Below are positions 25,966 through 39,099 of a DNA stretch of 64,000 nt, one piece after another (within the stretch, counting starts at the first letter, position 1; each line of letters starts with the position of its first letter). This DNA is from Antedon mediterranea (lineage: Eukaryota; Animalia; Echinodermata): assembly GCF_964355755.1 (NCBI RefSeq), contig NC_092675.1, positions 14,852,912 to 14,916,911 of the forward strand. The letters run 5' to 3'. Made by a program: the position numbers and the translations under genes. The notes beneath the pieces are model-generated. The model did not search any database, was not told where the DNA came from, and saw nothing but the letters and a program-made list of their open reading frames with translations.

Positions 25966-27867
25966 GGTGTCAGATGAAATCAGTCGCGTCTGAAATCGGT
26001 CGAGTTTGAAATCGGTCGCGATAAAATCAACTTCCGGTATTTTGTATGGCGCGCCGAGAGCTATACGTTTAATGATATCGGTCGCGTTTGAAATCGGTCG
26101 CGCTTTTTTGCATGGGACGCACTGGATACATTTTTAATGAAAACGCTTAATTATGTTTTTAGTTAATTTTGAAATTAGAATTTCTAATACTATTAACATT
26201 TTGTTTACCTCGATCGTTATTATTTTTTTAATACAGTAAATATAAATATTTATCTCATTATTTATAAATAATTTGTGTTTTCATTTTATCTTACAGGTGT
26301 CAATGAATAATTGTAATGTTTTCGTTTAGAAAATCGTTTTAAAATGTGTTATTGAATATTGTTTAAGTTTTTGAAAAGATTAGCATGCCACTGTTTAAAG
26401 TTTTAAAAATGTTGAATTAAACAAGTAGACGCGCCTATTGCGTATTTTTTAATCACAGTTAATTACGAAACTAGTTCTATACCTGCAAGTGGATACCAGT
26501 TTAATGAGGTTTATGCAATAAAGGAAGATGATGTATGACGATGATTTTTACGTTCGATATCCGCCACTTAGTGAGCATGGTTTTAGGATAATACTAATAA
26601 AATAATATGCCGTTATAAATCAATCTACATTGTACAATGATAGGCCTAGATGTAAGAATAATAATGGATGGATAATAAAGGCGGGCACGATTCTCAAAGA
26701 GGTAATCTTGCACTGATATTTAAACATTTAGATTTACGAACGGCGTACGGATGTGAGACACTGTGTGGTACTTAATTATTTACATTTAGTGATTATTAAA
26801 AATGAAGAAATAAAAGATATTCAAATTTAAAACTATAGTATCGCCGACGTATATACGTAAATTATAAATAATTTCACCATGGAACTAGGTTTCACAAAAA
26901 CACGTGCAGGCCTATAGATGTTTCAAACGTATGGTTATTAGTAATAGGCGGCCTATTATACGTCATCTTTACATGTCCATGGACAACGATCGTACGTATT
27001 TTGTCCATGATTTGACACACTAGTGCGTGTTTTTTTTAAAAGGGAATCCCCGTCAGCAAAATAACATGCAGTTAACGTCTGCACGATCATAGAAGGCGCA
27101 TCCACGATATGGACTATTTTGAGGTTTTTTTCAGTAACTCGCCTTCTAACGATCCGCATATAATAATCATTTTTTACTAGAAAATATTTTAGGCCTAAAC
27201 ATATACACGTGATTTGCCTCAACAATATTCATTATAGGCCTATACTTAATATTATCCTACATAACGTACGGACATAAATAAAATAGAAATTTAAATAAGG
27301 CAATCCAATAGTAAGTTTTTAACAACATGGATATGATATATCTGCCACAGTATGCATAAGTATAAAAATGGATACGCTGGGGCTATATATTGTTTGATTA
27401 ATAAAAGACACAGACGTATGGTATATTCTCTATATAATATATTAATTACAGTACATAATAAAATAGAGGTAAATTATTATATGCCTAACAAAATATTTAA
27501 ACGTGTTTAGAAATGGCCATTTAGAAAAGACAGTCCTTCTTCTCCGAGACCTGTGAAATAAAAAAAAATGATTGATAATAAATATTTATTAATAACCAAA
27601 ATAAAAAATATCCACATAAATAATCTAGTTCCTAAAAAATATCAATTATATCTAGATTATATAAACGAAGAAAATGTATATCCCGCTAGCATGCATCTCG
27701 CTCCATACAAAATAGCGCGACCGATTTCAAGCGCGACCGATTTCAAACGCGACCGATTTCAAACGTATAGCTCTAGCGGCACGCCATACAAAATACCGGA
27801 AGTTGATTTTATCGCGACCGATTTCAAACGCGACCGATTTCAGACGCGACCGATTTCATCGTAAACC
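25966..27867 (+). mobile_element. Foldback/Mutator-like non-autonomous element, copy 1 (TIRs built from 17-bp tgaaatcggtcgcgtyt repeats)
   Basis: Starts ggtgtcagatgaaatc, ends cgatttcatcgtaaacc; about 165-bp inverted arms; collinear with 33240-35479; TSD not recognisable. Confidence 0.8.
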
Positions 27868-28172
27868 CTAGAGTAGTAGCCTAGCTAGTAGTGGATCTAC
27901 TTAATTACTAGTAGGCTAGGCCTATAAATACTATACTAGGCCTAGCTAGGCTAGTAGTTAGTAGTAGTAGGCCTAGCTAGGTAGGCCTACTAAACTAGCG
28001 GCTAACTTAGGCTAGGCCCTAGTTAAGTAGGCCTAGGCCTAGCCCTAATTAAGACATACAGCTGTAGTGTAGGCCTAGCCTGAGCCAGGCCTAGGCCTAG
28101 GCCTAGCTAGGTAGCTAGGCCTACCCTAGCTAGGAGGCTAGTAGTAGGCCTAGGCAGGCCTAGCAGCGGCTA
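27868..28172. repeat. CTAG/AGGCCT palindrome-rich low-complexity tract (continues at 25775-25960 on the other side of the foldback element)
   Basis: Irregular run of taggccta, gctagc, cctagg and tagtag words. Confidence 0.8.
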
Positions 28173-28204
28173 GGAAGAAAGGGTAAATTTTTGGATGGAA
28201 TTAC

Positions 28205-28430
28205 CCAGCGGCGGGATGCGGGTTCGTCATATATCAATAAACTTAAAAGAAATGCGAAACAAACATCATTATATTCAAATTAACACCCGTTTCGTTTATA
28301 CAGTAGAGTATACACTGAGTCACCTGACATATTTAACGAAAAAAAAATCAAGTGACGTGTACGTGTTCTTCGGTGGGTGGTGTCCCCACCTGATATGGTT
28401 TAGCATGACGTCACTAAACAAGTTTAGCAG
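28205..28430 (-). promoter_or_regulatory. Candidate MFSD12 non-coding first exon and promoter
   Basis: Unique CpG-containing island between repeats; minus-strand donor-like TGG|GTAATT at 28204; TGACGTCA at 28407; MFSD12 coding exon 1 is preceded by an acceptor and needs an upstream exon. Inference only. Confidence 0.35.
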
Positions 28431-28689
28431 ACAAAAAAGCACCAAACTTGGCAGAAATCTTCTTTTTTAGGACCTAACTAACAAGTTTCGTATCAAATTA
28501 TATAAAATAAATATTGAAGTTGCATTCGATAGATTTTTTAAAGTTTTCACTAAACGGGCATGGAAAAAGAGAAGGGAAAAATCAACAATGAAAATGATTA
28601 GTTCTTTGCTTTTTATTTTTAAATCCTGTATTTACTATTAGGCCTACTTTAATATATATTTTTTTATATCTTGTAGGCCTACATAATTG

Positions 28690-31600
28690 ATTATTAAATT
28701 GGAAGACGCCAATAATGAAATAATCTGGATTGACGTCTCGGTTTCAAGAAACCAGAAGATCCTTGCAGCTGTCTGAGGCCTCCCAACTACCTACGGAAGA
28801 GAATCAATAACGCACTGTGTTGAAGCACTCGATAAGGCCACTGAAGAAAGCTATATCCTTCTCATACTCTGTTAATACTGGGTGATTTTAACCTACCTGA
28901 CATCATATGGAATACTAATGATGGAACATATACTCTGTACCATTAAACTCATTTTCTGAACTGTTTAGACACAGTTATCCATGGACATAATGTCACTCAA
29001 TGGAACAAGTTTGTAATAACAAAAATTGACAATTAGCCCTGTGCAATAACTTTATTACTGTATATATCTAATATTTTTGTGGGAGAGAATATTTGTATCT
29101 GATCACCAATCAATTTCTTTGTCCCTTCAATTTGTAAATAATAATAATAATAATATTAATTTTAGAAATAAGTATCGATATCATGTCATACTATAGTCGA
29201 TCCAATTTTGGTGATTTAACAGAAACTCTAAATAGAGTCCCTTGGAATATCCTTGATTTTACAGATGACGTCAATGAACGTGTTACTTTATTTTATGATT
29301 TTGTTGATGCGGCTGTCAGAGACCTTGTCCCAGTCACCAAATTACGTAGGAAAAGTCCTTCTTGGTTCGATACCGAACTACTTACTAAAGCTTTAAAATC
29401 AAAGGAGTATCATCGTCAAATTAAAAAAAGATTTCCTTCAATAATCTCTGAGCAAAATTTTCGGGAGGCCAGAAGAAATTTTAAAACATTATCTAATTTA
29501 AAATATGAAACGTATCTAAAATCCATCTCTTCTGATCTTTAGTACAAACCCAAAACGTTTCTGGACATGGATTAAATCCAAATGAAAGTCTGTGAGTGCG
29601 TCAACTCACATCACTAATGGGGACAAGGTCAGTCCACATACAAAAGCTGTTTTGTTTAATGATTTCTTTGCTTCTGTTTCTCAGACTTCGGCGACATTAC
29701 TGAGTGTCCTTTTCTCTGCCTGGATTGCATGGTGATGCCTTAAATAGCATAACTATACACCAGGATGAGGTTTTTAATCTCTTGAGATGTATCGACACAT
29801 ATAAGGCAGCTGGAAACGATCCGATAAGCAATCAAGTCCTTAAATTTTGTTCATCTTCTTCAGCCCTTCCTATTTCAAAAATATTTAGTTTTTCTTTAAA
29901 ATCTGGCAAATTCCCAGATCAATGGAAAGTAGCGAACATTGTTCCAATAAGAGTGGTTCTAAGACTAACTTTCAAAATTATAGACACATATAGCCTCTAA
30001 TACTCCCAATAGTATCCAAAATATTTGAAAAGATTGTAAATAAACAAGTGATAACCCATATTTTCCCCTTAATTTCTGAACAACAGCATGACTTCTTGCC
30101 CGGTAGATCATGTGAAACTAAACCTCGCAACTCTTATGACTACCGTGCATGAAGCCATTGAAACAAAAAAGCACTGTGTGATATTATATACACAGATTTT
30201 AGTAAAACATTTGATAAATTGTCACATAAATTATTACTCTTTAAACTTGATAAATTTGGCATAAATGGAATTCTATATTCTTGGTTTGACAGCTACCTTA
30301 GTGGTCGATTCCAGAGAGTGACACTTGAAGGCGAAACATCTACCCCCTCCCTGTTCTCTCTGGAGTGCCACAGGGTTCAATTTTAGGGCCCCTATTGTTT
30401 AACATTTTTGTAAATGACATACCAATGCTCTTAGAAAATTCCAGCTGCCTTATGTTTGCTGATGACCTCAAGTGTAACCGAAATGATGAAGGTCCTTGGT
30501 TGGGAAACCTTGGAAGAGAGGAGGAGGATAGCTCGACTGTTAATGTTCCAGAAGATACACTACTGCAATGTAGCAGCCGATATGAAACTGGTCATGAAAA
30601 ACACCTGTAGACCCAGTCGAAGAGAGAACAGTCAATCATACCATATTCCTCACTCAACAGTTGATTACTTTAGGTATTCATTCTTTCCACGCACTGCCAT
30701 CGACTGGAATCATCTACCAGATAAGGTTGTAAGTTGTACTTCTATTCTGGAATTCAAAACCCATATTTTCCAAACTTAATTAAATAGGGTACCCCTTGTC
30801 ACAACTTACTCTCTGGGGGTCTCTGTCTTGGTGACAGCTCGCTGGGCAACTGGATGGCTGAGGCGGGGTAAATGGGTATCCAGCTACTTTATTCTGCCTC
30901 CTAGGTAGCGGCCCAGGAAATTGATAGCGGTTGGCATGGACGGTAGACTTCCATAGTGTTTAATGTTGGGTACAGTTTACTCTATTTTACTCTTTACAAG
31001 GTGTCTGAATACAATACAATTATATAATAGATAGGATAGATCAAATAATTATATATATTCATACTAACATGTATATATATTTATATAAGTAAAACTTAAA
31101 AAAAGAGATAAGGGAAAGGGAAGAAAAGAAGAAGAAAAGAGAGAAAGAAAAGTGAAAGGAGAAGTAAGGGGAAAAAAAAATAATAATAATAATGATAATT
31201 AATAATAATAATTATAAATAAATAAGGGAGTCAGTTTCTCTCTCTGTAAAAGAATAACTAAATAGAATAATAATACACAACCAAATACAGTAGAGCTAGC
31301 AAAACAGAGTTGGAGGAGCAGAGTCTTCACATATGAAGTTGGCTCCTAATACGAAGAAGAAGAAGAAGAATTTTTCATGTCGACTATTGTTGGCAAGGCC
31401 GGCAGGTTACTCGGGATGATGTGGCAAAATTGTCACAAATTCCCTCCAACCACAAACATTGCACTATACAAATCCCTTATCCAACCTTCCTTAGAATTTT
31501 ATTCAGTTGTCTTTAATTCATTATCTAATGCACAATCTTCTAGAATTGAAAGAATCCATAACAAGTTTATACGTTTCATCGGCCCAGAAACCTGTTACCT

Positions 31601-32002
31601 CTCCAAAATTGAGAAGACAAATTATTGATCTACTATTTTTGTACAAGTGTTTAAATTCTATGTTTACCTGTAATCTCATTTCTAATTTTTATCTTAATGT
31701 CCCTGTCCATAATCTCCGTTCCAAAGTAATTTTAAATGTACAATTCTCAAGTGTTAATGTTTGTAAAAATGGTATTTTTCGTAGACTGTCATCTGCTTAT
31801 AATAGTAGTTGTGTTGTTGAAAATTGTAGTTTTTCTAAGTTTAAATGTCTGATACATACGTTGGTTAGATAATTTTAAATAATTTTAAATTATTTTACTA
31901 ATGTTTAAATATGATTCTAATTGTTATATTGTTCATTTATATATGTATATTTTCATCCTGTAATTGGTGTTTACACTGTTGGATGTACAATAAATAAATA
32001 AA
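28690..32002 (+). mobile_element. Decayed CR1-clade LINE ORF2 (endonuclease + RT remnants), interrupted at about 30474-31370
   Basis: Frameshifted pieces: ILGDFNLPDIIW (APE), KAAGNDPISNQVLK...FPDQWKVANIVPI, YTDFSKTFDKLSH, GVPQGSILGPLLFNIFVND...MFADDLK, LYKSLIQPSLEFYSVVF; (taaa)n tail near 31990-32002. Confidence 0.85.
30474..31020 (+). mobile_element. 3' fragment of a second LINE inserted in the CR1 copy, with a GC-rich downstream region and (aatac)n tail
   Basis: SVTEMMKVLGWETLEERRRIARLLMFQKIH...YFRYSFFPRTAIDWNHLP is a LINE ORF2 C-terminus; it starts right after the host FADDLK motif. Confidence 0.75.
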
Positions 32003-32639
32003 AAATATATATATATTTTTTGTTAACATATTTAATCATTTTTTTCACACTAAGCAAATTTGTAAATCCATTTTAAACAGAATCTTATCAATTACGAAAT
32101 ATGTTAATTTGAAATCATGTACTAAAGAAATGGAAAAATCATTTGTTTCATTTTATGTTAAATTTAGGTTATTTTATGCAGTAAAATTTTATAATAAAGA
32201 TTTATTAAAAACATCAGGTAAAAAGAACAAAAAAAAAAGGAAAAACAGGAAACTAATCAAAATTACCCATATTTTAGTACTGTACATGTAATTTGTATAG
32301 TATAAACCACTTCTTTACCTTACCGTTTGGTTAACCTTTTGCTTATTTTATTTGTATTTCCATTGAGATCCAGCTACTGATGATACCCACAGCATTGTCA
32401 TTGTATTAAGAATTAAGAAAGTGTGTGTTTTTTCTTGGGAATCAAATAACATAAAGAAATTACTTTTATGAGCAATTAAATAAATATGCCTAATGTAATG
32501 CACTTACATCATTGTTTTCACTCTGCTACTATAAATATACAACACTATTATTCTAAAGTTTGAAACATTTTGTTTTTCTTCTTTTGTTTAGCAAATACTA
32601 TAAAGAATTTTCGTACTGACTATAGGTATTCCATTAAAA

Positions 32640-33127
32640 GGTTGCGTATCCCTACTCGGGGTACGTGCGAGGCGCCCATTAAATTTAGCTCCACGTTGTT
32701 TCGCTTTTATTTGCATTGAGCGAATAGGAAGTGTAACATCTTCCTCCTACATACACCACACTATCTTTGGCTTATAGTGCTTAAACTTATAGTAATATTT
32801 CGAATTCGATCCAACTCGGCCCTATAAACCGTCTCGGCCCAAAGTCAAGTCGGCCCCACGTTAAGTCGGCCCCAAGTCATCTCGGCCTCAAGTCAACTCG
32901 GCCTCAAGTCAACTCGGCCTCACGTCAACTCGGCCAAAAATTAATCCGTCAACTCGGCCTCTAAAAACTATTGAACGCAAAAAGTGCTAATATAGTAGCA
33001 TAATGGCAGGATAAACATCACAGACGGTTGGATCGACTTACTACTAGGAGGGCCTACATAATAGACGAAATAAAACGGAAAATTCAATATAAATTATAAC
33101 ACACTGGGCCTGATCGTTAATTGATAG
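32640..33127 (+). promoter_or_regulatory. Candidate AGL promoter / non-coding first exon
   Basis: Unique CpG-containing stretch with GGAAGTG (ETS-like) near 32727; donor-like AG|GTATTA at 33128 followed by a CTAG/AGGCCT tract; the AGL ATG exon starts at an acceptor (48026). Inference only. Confidence 0.3.
32807..32961. repeat. About 17-bp tandem array (aagtcaactcggccyc); probable solo arm of a foldback/Mutator-like element
   Basis: About nine tcggcc-containing units. Confidence 0.65.
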
Positions 33128-33239
33128 GTATTAATTAATTATTTATTTAGATTGTTTGAAATAAATAAATATTTCTTCACATTTTGTTTAGGTTTAGGCC
33201 TAACTAGATAGGCCTAGGGCCTGAAAGGCCTAGCTAGCC

Positions 33240-35479
33240 GGTGTCAGATGAAATCGGTCGCGTCTGAAATCGGTCGCGTCTGAAATCGGTCGCGTTTGAA
33301 ATCGGTCGCGTTTGAAATCGGTCGCGTTTGAAATCGGTCGCGTTTGAAATCGGTCGCGATAAAATCAACTTCCGGTATTTTGTATGGCGCGCCGCTAGAG
33401 CTATACGTTTAATGATATCGGTCGCGTTTGAAAAATCGGTCGCGCTATTTTGCATGATACGCACTAGATACATTTTTAATGAAAACGCTAATTATGTTTT
33501 TAGTTAATTTTGAATATAGAATTTCTAATACTATTAACATTTTTTTACCTCGATCGTTATTATTTTTTTAGTACAGTAAATATAAATATTTATCTCATTA
33601 TTTATAAATAATTTGTGTTTTCATTTTATCTTACAGGTGACAATGAATAATTGTAATGTGTTCGTTTAGAAAATCGTTTTTTAAAGTGTTATTGAATATT
33701 GTTTAAGTTTTTGAAAAGATTAGCATGCCACTGAAATAAGTTAATATTAAACAACTAGACGCGCCTATTGCGTATTTTTTAATCACAGTTAATTACGAAA
33801 CTAGTTCTATACCTGCAAGTGGATACCAGCTCAATGAGGTTTATGCAATAAAGGAAGATGATGTATGACGATTTTTACGTTCGATATCCGCCACTCTTAC
33901 GTGAGCATGATTTTAGGATAATACTACTGTAATAAAATAATATGCCGTTATAAATCAGTCTACCGGGCCTATACAGTAGGACTATGCAGTATGCCTTTTG
34001 GGACTTTGGGGGGGGGGGGGGGTGCGTTGGGTGCCGACGCACCCCCCCCCCCTCCACCCAAGTCCCAAAAGGTCCACTATTTCCTCGGTTGGTATTTTTT
34101 ATTGGCTTGTTTAACTAAAGACAATATCATTATATATATACAAAATTTACATTATCAATGGTATACAAACAAAAATATGTAAAAATATAAAATGAAAAAA
34201 TACCGGTAATTAAATTACATACGGGCCTGTATGCTGTACAATGATAGGCCTAGATGTGAGAATAATAAAGGTGGGCACGATTCTCAAAGAGGTAATCTTG
34301 CACTGATATCATTTAGATTTACGAACGGCGTACAGATGTGAGACACTGAGTGGTACTTAATTATTTACATTAAGTGATTATTATAAATGAAGAAATAAAA
34401 GATATTCAAATTAAACACAGACGTATATGTAAATTATATACATCGTTTCACCAAGCGTTTTAACCAATGACAAGATAGACAGTTAGCAATCACAAGCGAA
34501 TAAGCCATCGCTTGTGATTGGTCAATTCACTTGCGTTGCGTTACGTCCTTGTGTTGCGTCGCTAGTGGGAAGTCATCTTTACATGGCCATGGACAACGAT
34601 CGTACGTTTTTTTTCCATGATTTGACACAATAGTGCGTGTTTTTTTTTAAAGGGAATCCCCGTCAGCAAAATAACGTGCAGTTAACGTCTGCATGATCAT
34701 AGAAGGCGCATCCACGATATGGCCTATTTCGAGGTTTATTTCAGTAACTCGCCTTTTAACGATCCGTATACAATAATCATTTTTACTAGAAACTATTAGG
34801 CCTAAACATTAGAAAAAAAAATATACACGTGATTTGCCTCAACAATAATCATTATAGGCCTATACTTAATATTATCCTACATAACGTACAGATATAAATA
34901 AAATAGAAATTAAGATAAGGTGATCCAATAGCAAGTTTTTAACGACATGGATATGATATATCTGCCACAGTATGAAAAAGTATAAAAATGGATACGCTGG
35001 CTTTACGGGCTATACATTGTAACAATTATTGTTTTTAAATAAATTGTTCTCTTTTACGTAATTGTTTGCATAATAAAAGACACAGACGTATATTCTCTAT
35101 ATAATATATTAATTACAGTACATAATAAAATAGAGGTAAATTATTATATGCCTAATAAAATATTTAAACGCGTTTAGAAATGGCCATTTTGAAAAGACAC
35201 AGTCCTTCTCCAAAACCTGTGAAATAAACAAAAATGATTGATAATAAATATTTATTAACCAAAATAAAAAATATTCACATAAATAATCTGGTTCCTAAAA
35301 AATATCAATTAATAGACTATATAAACGAAGAAAATGTATATCCCGCTAGCATGCATCTCGCTCCATACAAAATAGCGCGATCGATTTCAAACGTATAGCT
35401 CTAACGGCGCGCCATACAATATACCGGAAGTTGATTTTATCGCGACCGATTTCAGACGCGACCGATTTCATCGTAAACC
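33240..35479 (+). mobile_element. Foldback/Mutator-like non-autonomous element, copy 2, with two small secondary insertions (about 33963-34235 and 34445-34570)
   Basis: Same termini as copy 1; perfect 8-bp flanking duplication agctagcc (33232-33239, 35480-35487). Confidence 0.85.
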
Positions 35480-36209
35480 AGCTAGCCTAGGCTAGGCTAT
35501 ATTTCAGACAAACACAGCCATTAAAAAAAAAGCAAAGAACTTATAATGTTATAAGTTCTTTGAAAAAAAGGCAATTAACGCGAGACGATGATTTTGCAAG
35601 TTTAGCTGAAAAAAAAGTAAATAGGCCCTAGGCCTAGGCCTAGGCCTAGCTAGTCCTAGCCTAGCTAGGCTTTAGGCTAGGCCCTAGTCTAGTAGGCTAG
35701 CCTAGCTAGCCTAAAAAGTTTACTAGCCTAGGCCTAGGCCTACTAGGAGTCCTAGTAGGCCTAGGCCTAGGCTAGTAAACTTTTTAGGCTAGCCTACGTA
35801 GGCTTATAGGGCCTAGCCTAGCTAGGCTAGATTTTAAAATTTTTTACATTTCAATTTATATAGGCCTAGGGCCTAGGCCTAGCGCCTTAACAAATTATTT
35901 AAGCGTTTAGGGCCTTAGCTAGGCCTAGGCCTAGTAGTATAGGCCTAGTATATAAATTATAAGAAGAAGGCCTCCCTAGCCAAGCCTACCCTAATACTAG
36001 GCCTAGCTAGTAGGGACCTAAGTATAAGTGGTATACTAGTAGGCCAAGAATGTAGCCTCAAAAGTACTATAATAGGCCTAGCCTAGTAGCTAGGCCTAGG
36101 CTACTACTATTGATAATTTTTTGAGCTAGGCCTAGGCCTACTACTCTACTGTAATAGTGTCCGGTATTTTGTATGGAGAGCTAAAACACTTAAATTCTAA
36201 CTAGGCCTA
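35480..36209. repeat. CTAG/AGGCCT palindrome-rich low-complexity tract (begins at about 33190, before the foldback element)
   Basis: Dense taggcc/ctag words; includes an inverted pair ctagcctaaaaagtttactagcctaggcctaggcctactagga / tcctagtaggcctaggcctaggctagtaaactttttaggctag at about 35707-35792. Confidence 0.8.
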
Positions 36210-37566
36210 CTAGACATGAAACTCGTCACTTTGACGAGTTAGTTATCCGCTCGACAAACACCACTTGCATGTCATACGTTGGAATATTGCACACAGAAAA
36301 AGATTATGGCATTATGACCTAAATTGAAGAATACGATGGTTTGTTATTGTTGAATTCTGTTATTTTGTGTCATATAGTATATACACAGTATAATCTGTAT
36401 ACATATCACATACAGTGTTTTATTCAAGTGGCTATATGATGACGTCACAACATCTGATTGGCAAAATATTCACATGAATTCGTATCTACAATCCAATAGC
36501 TTCCAGAAAACATTTTAATCATGATTATCACTTTTTATTCTGACGAGCTATAACAGATTGAAATTTACTGTAAAGATGAAAATAAGTGACCCACGTTATT
36601 TACATTTTTAGACATGATGACGTTATAAAAATTACAATATTTTTAACTCATACGACAGATAGTTGATTGACCTAGACAATATTAAAATGTCGGAGAAAAA
36701 GGAATACAGATAACCATGATGCGCTCCATTTAATGTGATGAGCAATAACGAAAGAGACAAAAATCCTATATTTTACATTCGTGTGGCCATATGATGATGT
36801 CACAATGTTTTTTTTTAGCCTTAATGATGCATGATCCGATATCTACAACTACAAAAAGATTTTGTAATAAAAATAAACGGTTCATGGTTTACTTTAGAAA
36901 CTATGACTGTTTAAAAAAAGACATTATTTTGACGATTTTTTAAGCTTTTTCATAAAAAACGCGCGCGAATTGTCTAATTCAACGTGTTCGCACAGCGTTA
37001 TTTAAACTGGAAAAGGTCTAAATTGTTTCCAAAAATTACTAGGAAAGGCTTGAAAAATATAATTCAAGAGAAAAAAATATGTTTTTCATACTCCGTGCGC
37101 ACCTTACGCGTAAAATTTTTTGGGTTTGCGGGAATTTTTGACATGCTCAAAATGTCATGATCAGCGTAGAAAGAAATTAATTTTGCGCATTTTGAAATTT
37201 TAAATGCGCGTGCACGCGTACGTAACTTCTTGTGAAACATGCCATTTTTAATCCATAGAAAGTTTGACCTTGATATGACTTAGATTTTCACCAAGTGTCA
37301 AAAAAAAAATATTTAAGCTTGGTTTTTAATCTATGATCAATCCTAAAAAAGCATAAACTCGCTCTCTGACTCTGACGTCATTCAAAATGTTAGGCGCACA
37401 ACTTTACATAAATGGCCACATGTTGTCAAAGTTATGAAATGTTATGTTTACACATTTGAGAGAAATGCGATGCACAAAACGAGAAAGAAAGAAGAACAAT
37501 ACAGAAAAAAAATATTGATCCAATACAATAACAAGGAGTTATCCACTCTACCAAGCGGATAACTAA
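36210..37566 (-). mobile_element. HINE-like family A element, minus strand
   Basis: ctagacatgaaactcgtcactttgacgagttagttatccgc at 36210 is the reverse complement of the A 3' end; gcggataactaa at 37555-37566 is the reverse complement of the 5' cap. Confidence 0.85.
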
Positions 37567-38182
37567 TAATATATAATACTATGAGATTTTTTAAACCTCG
37601 ATTGGTATTATTTTTTAAGTACAGTAAATAACTGTTACGAACGGTGGTATGTAGTCTCAGAAGTCATATAAAGTTTTATTGATACTGCTTATTATTTTCT
37701 GGACCCGCTATATATTTTTTACAAATATTTTAGAGTGCTTGTCACCAAAAATCAGACATATTCGTAATTTAGTGGCAAGGGTAAAAATTTCGAATTGGCT
37801 CATATTTTGCAAATTGGTAGACCTTGATGTAAGTAAACCTGATGTGTAGTTTGTTTGGTAAAATATCGCTTAGTTTTCGAGAAAATCGAAAAATAACGAT
37901 TTTCGGCCAATTTTGTTAATTTTGGGTGTATAATTTACATTAAGTTCACTTATTGTTAGTATCTCGCGATTGCGAATTTGCATATGAATGGACACCCTGA
38001 CCTTGAAATTGTTTATCTGGATTAGTTGGTGGATGTGTGTGAACTATATGAATTTACTCCAATCCAATTCAACAGCTTCCAGAAAACGTTTTATTTATGA
38101 CTTTCACTTTTTATTCTGACGAGCTATAACATATTGAAATTTACTGTAATGTTGAAAAGAACTGACCCACGTTATTCAATTT

Positions 38183-38429
38183 TTGGGTTATCCGCACTTG
38201 GATTGTCAGGATCTTTTTTTTTTCTTCACACCGCTGCTCTAGCCAGCTATGTCCCATGAGGACATATTCATTAATAAGCTGTTTCATAGCAGTAGCTTTA
38301 GTATGTAAGGCCGACAGTTTTTTGGCACAATCGTTTTTCTGTGTGCAATATATTCTAACGTATGACGTACACGTGGCGTTTGTGTCTGCGGATAACCTAA
38401 CTCGTCCATAGTGACGAGTTCAAATCTAG
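38183..38429 (+). mobile_element. Short HINE-like element (family D) inserted in older minus-strand HINE fragments (about 38075-39140)
   Basis: 5' ttgggttatccgca; 3' tgcggataaccta + aactcgtc-catagt-gacgagtt + CTAG at 38429. Confidence 0.7.
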
Positions 38430-39099
38430 TTGGAACTTATTACTGTCATAAAAATTAAATATATCAATTATAACTCATGCAAAAGATAATTGATTGGCCC
38501 AGACAATATTGAAATCTGGGCGAAATGGAATACGGAAAAGCGAGATGCGCTCTATTAAATGTGATGAGCTATTACGAAAGAGGAAAAAAATCCTATATTT
38601 ATTTTATATTCGGGTAGCCATACGATGATGTCATAACATCCGACGGGTAACAATTTTGAGTGAATTCATATACAACTTATTTGCTTGGATAACAAATTGG
38701 GATCACCTTTCATCCTGAAGAGCTATAATAGATTAAAAATAGGTATGATTTTGACAATATTTTTTAACTTTTTCAACTAAATAAACACATGCAAATCACC
38801 TAATTCAACGTGTTCGTATGGCTTGATTAAAATTTTAAATGATCTCAATTTTTAAAAATTGACTAGACAAATGAATGAATGAAAAATCATATTTCAGGAG
38901 AAAAAAACATGATTTTTATACTACATGTTGTACACGTAAAATAGTTTGCGCGCGTGAGAATTTTATTCTATGAAAGATAAGTGATTGCGCAAACAAATAT
39001 TAAAATCTGTGCAAATGTGATGAGCTATGACGAAAGAGACAAAATCCTATATTTTATATTTGGGTGGCCATACGATGACGTCACAACATCCGAGAGGTA

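Noticed and set aside
27568-27864. ORFs with TDFKRDRFQTRPIS repeats (also 33234-33473)
   Set aside because: Translations of the 17-bp TIR repeats of the foldback element.
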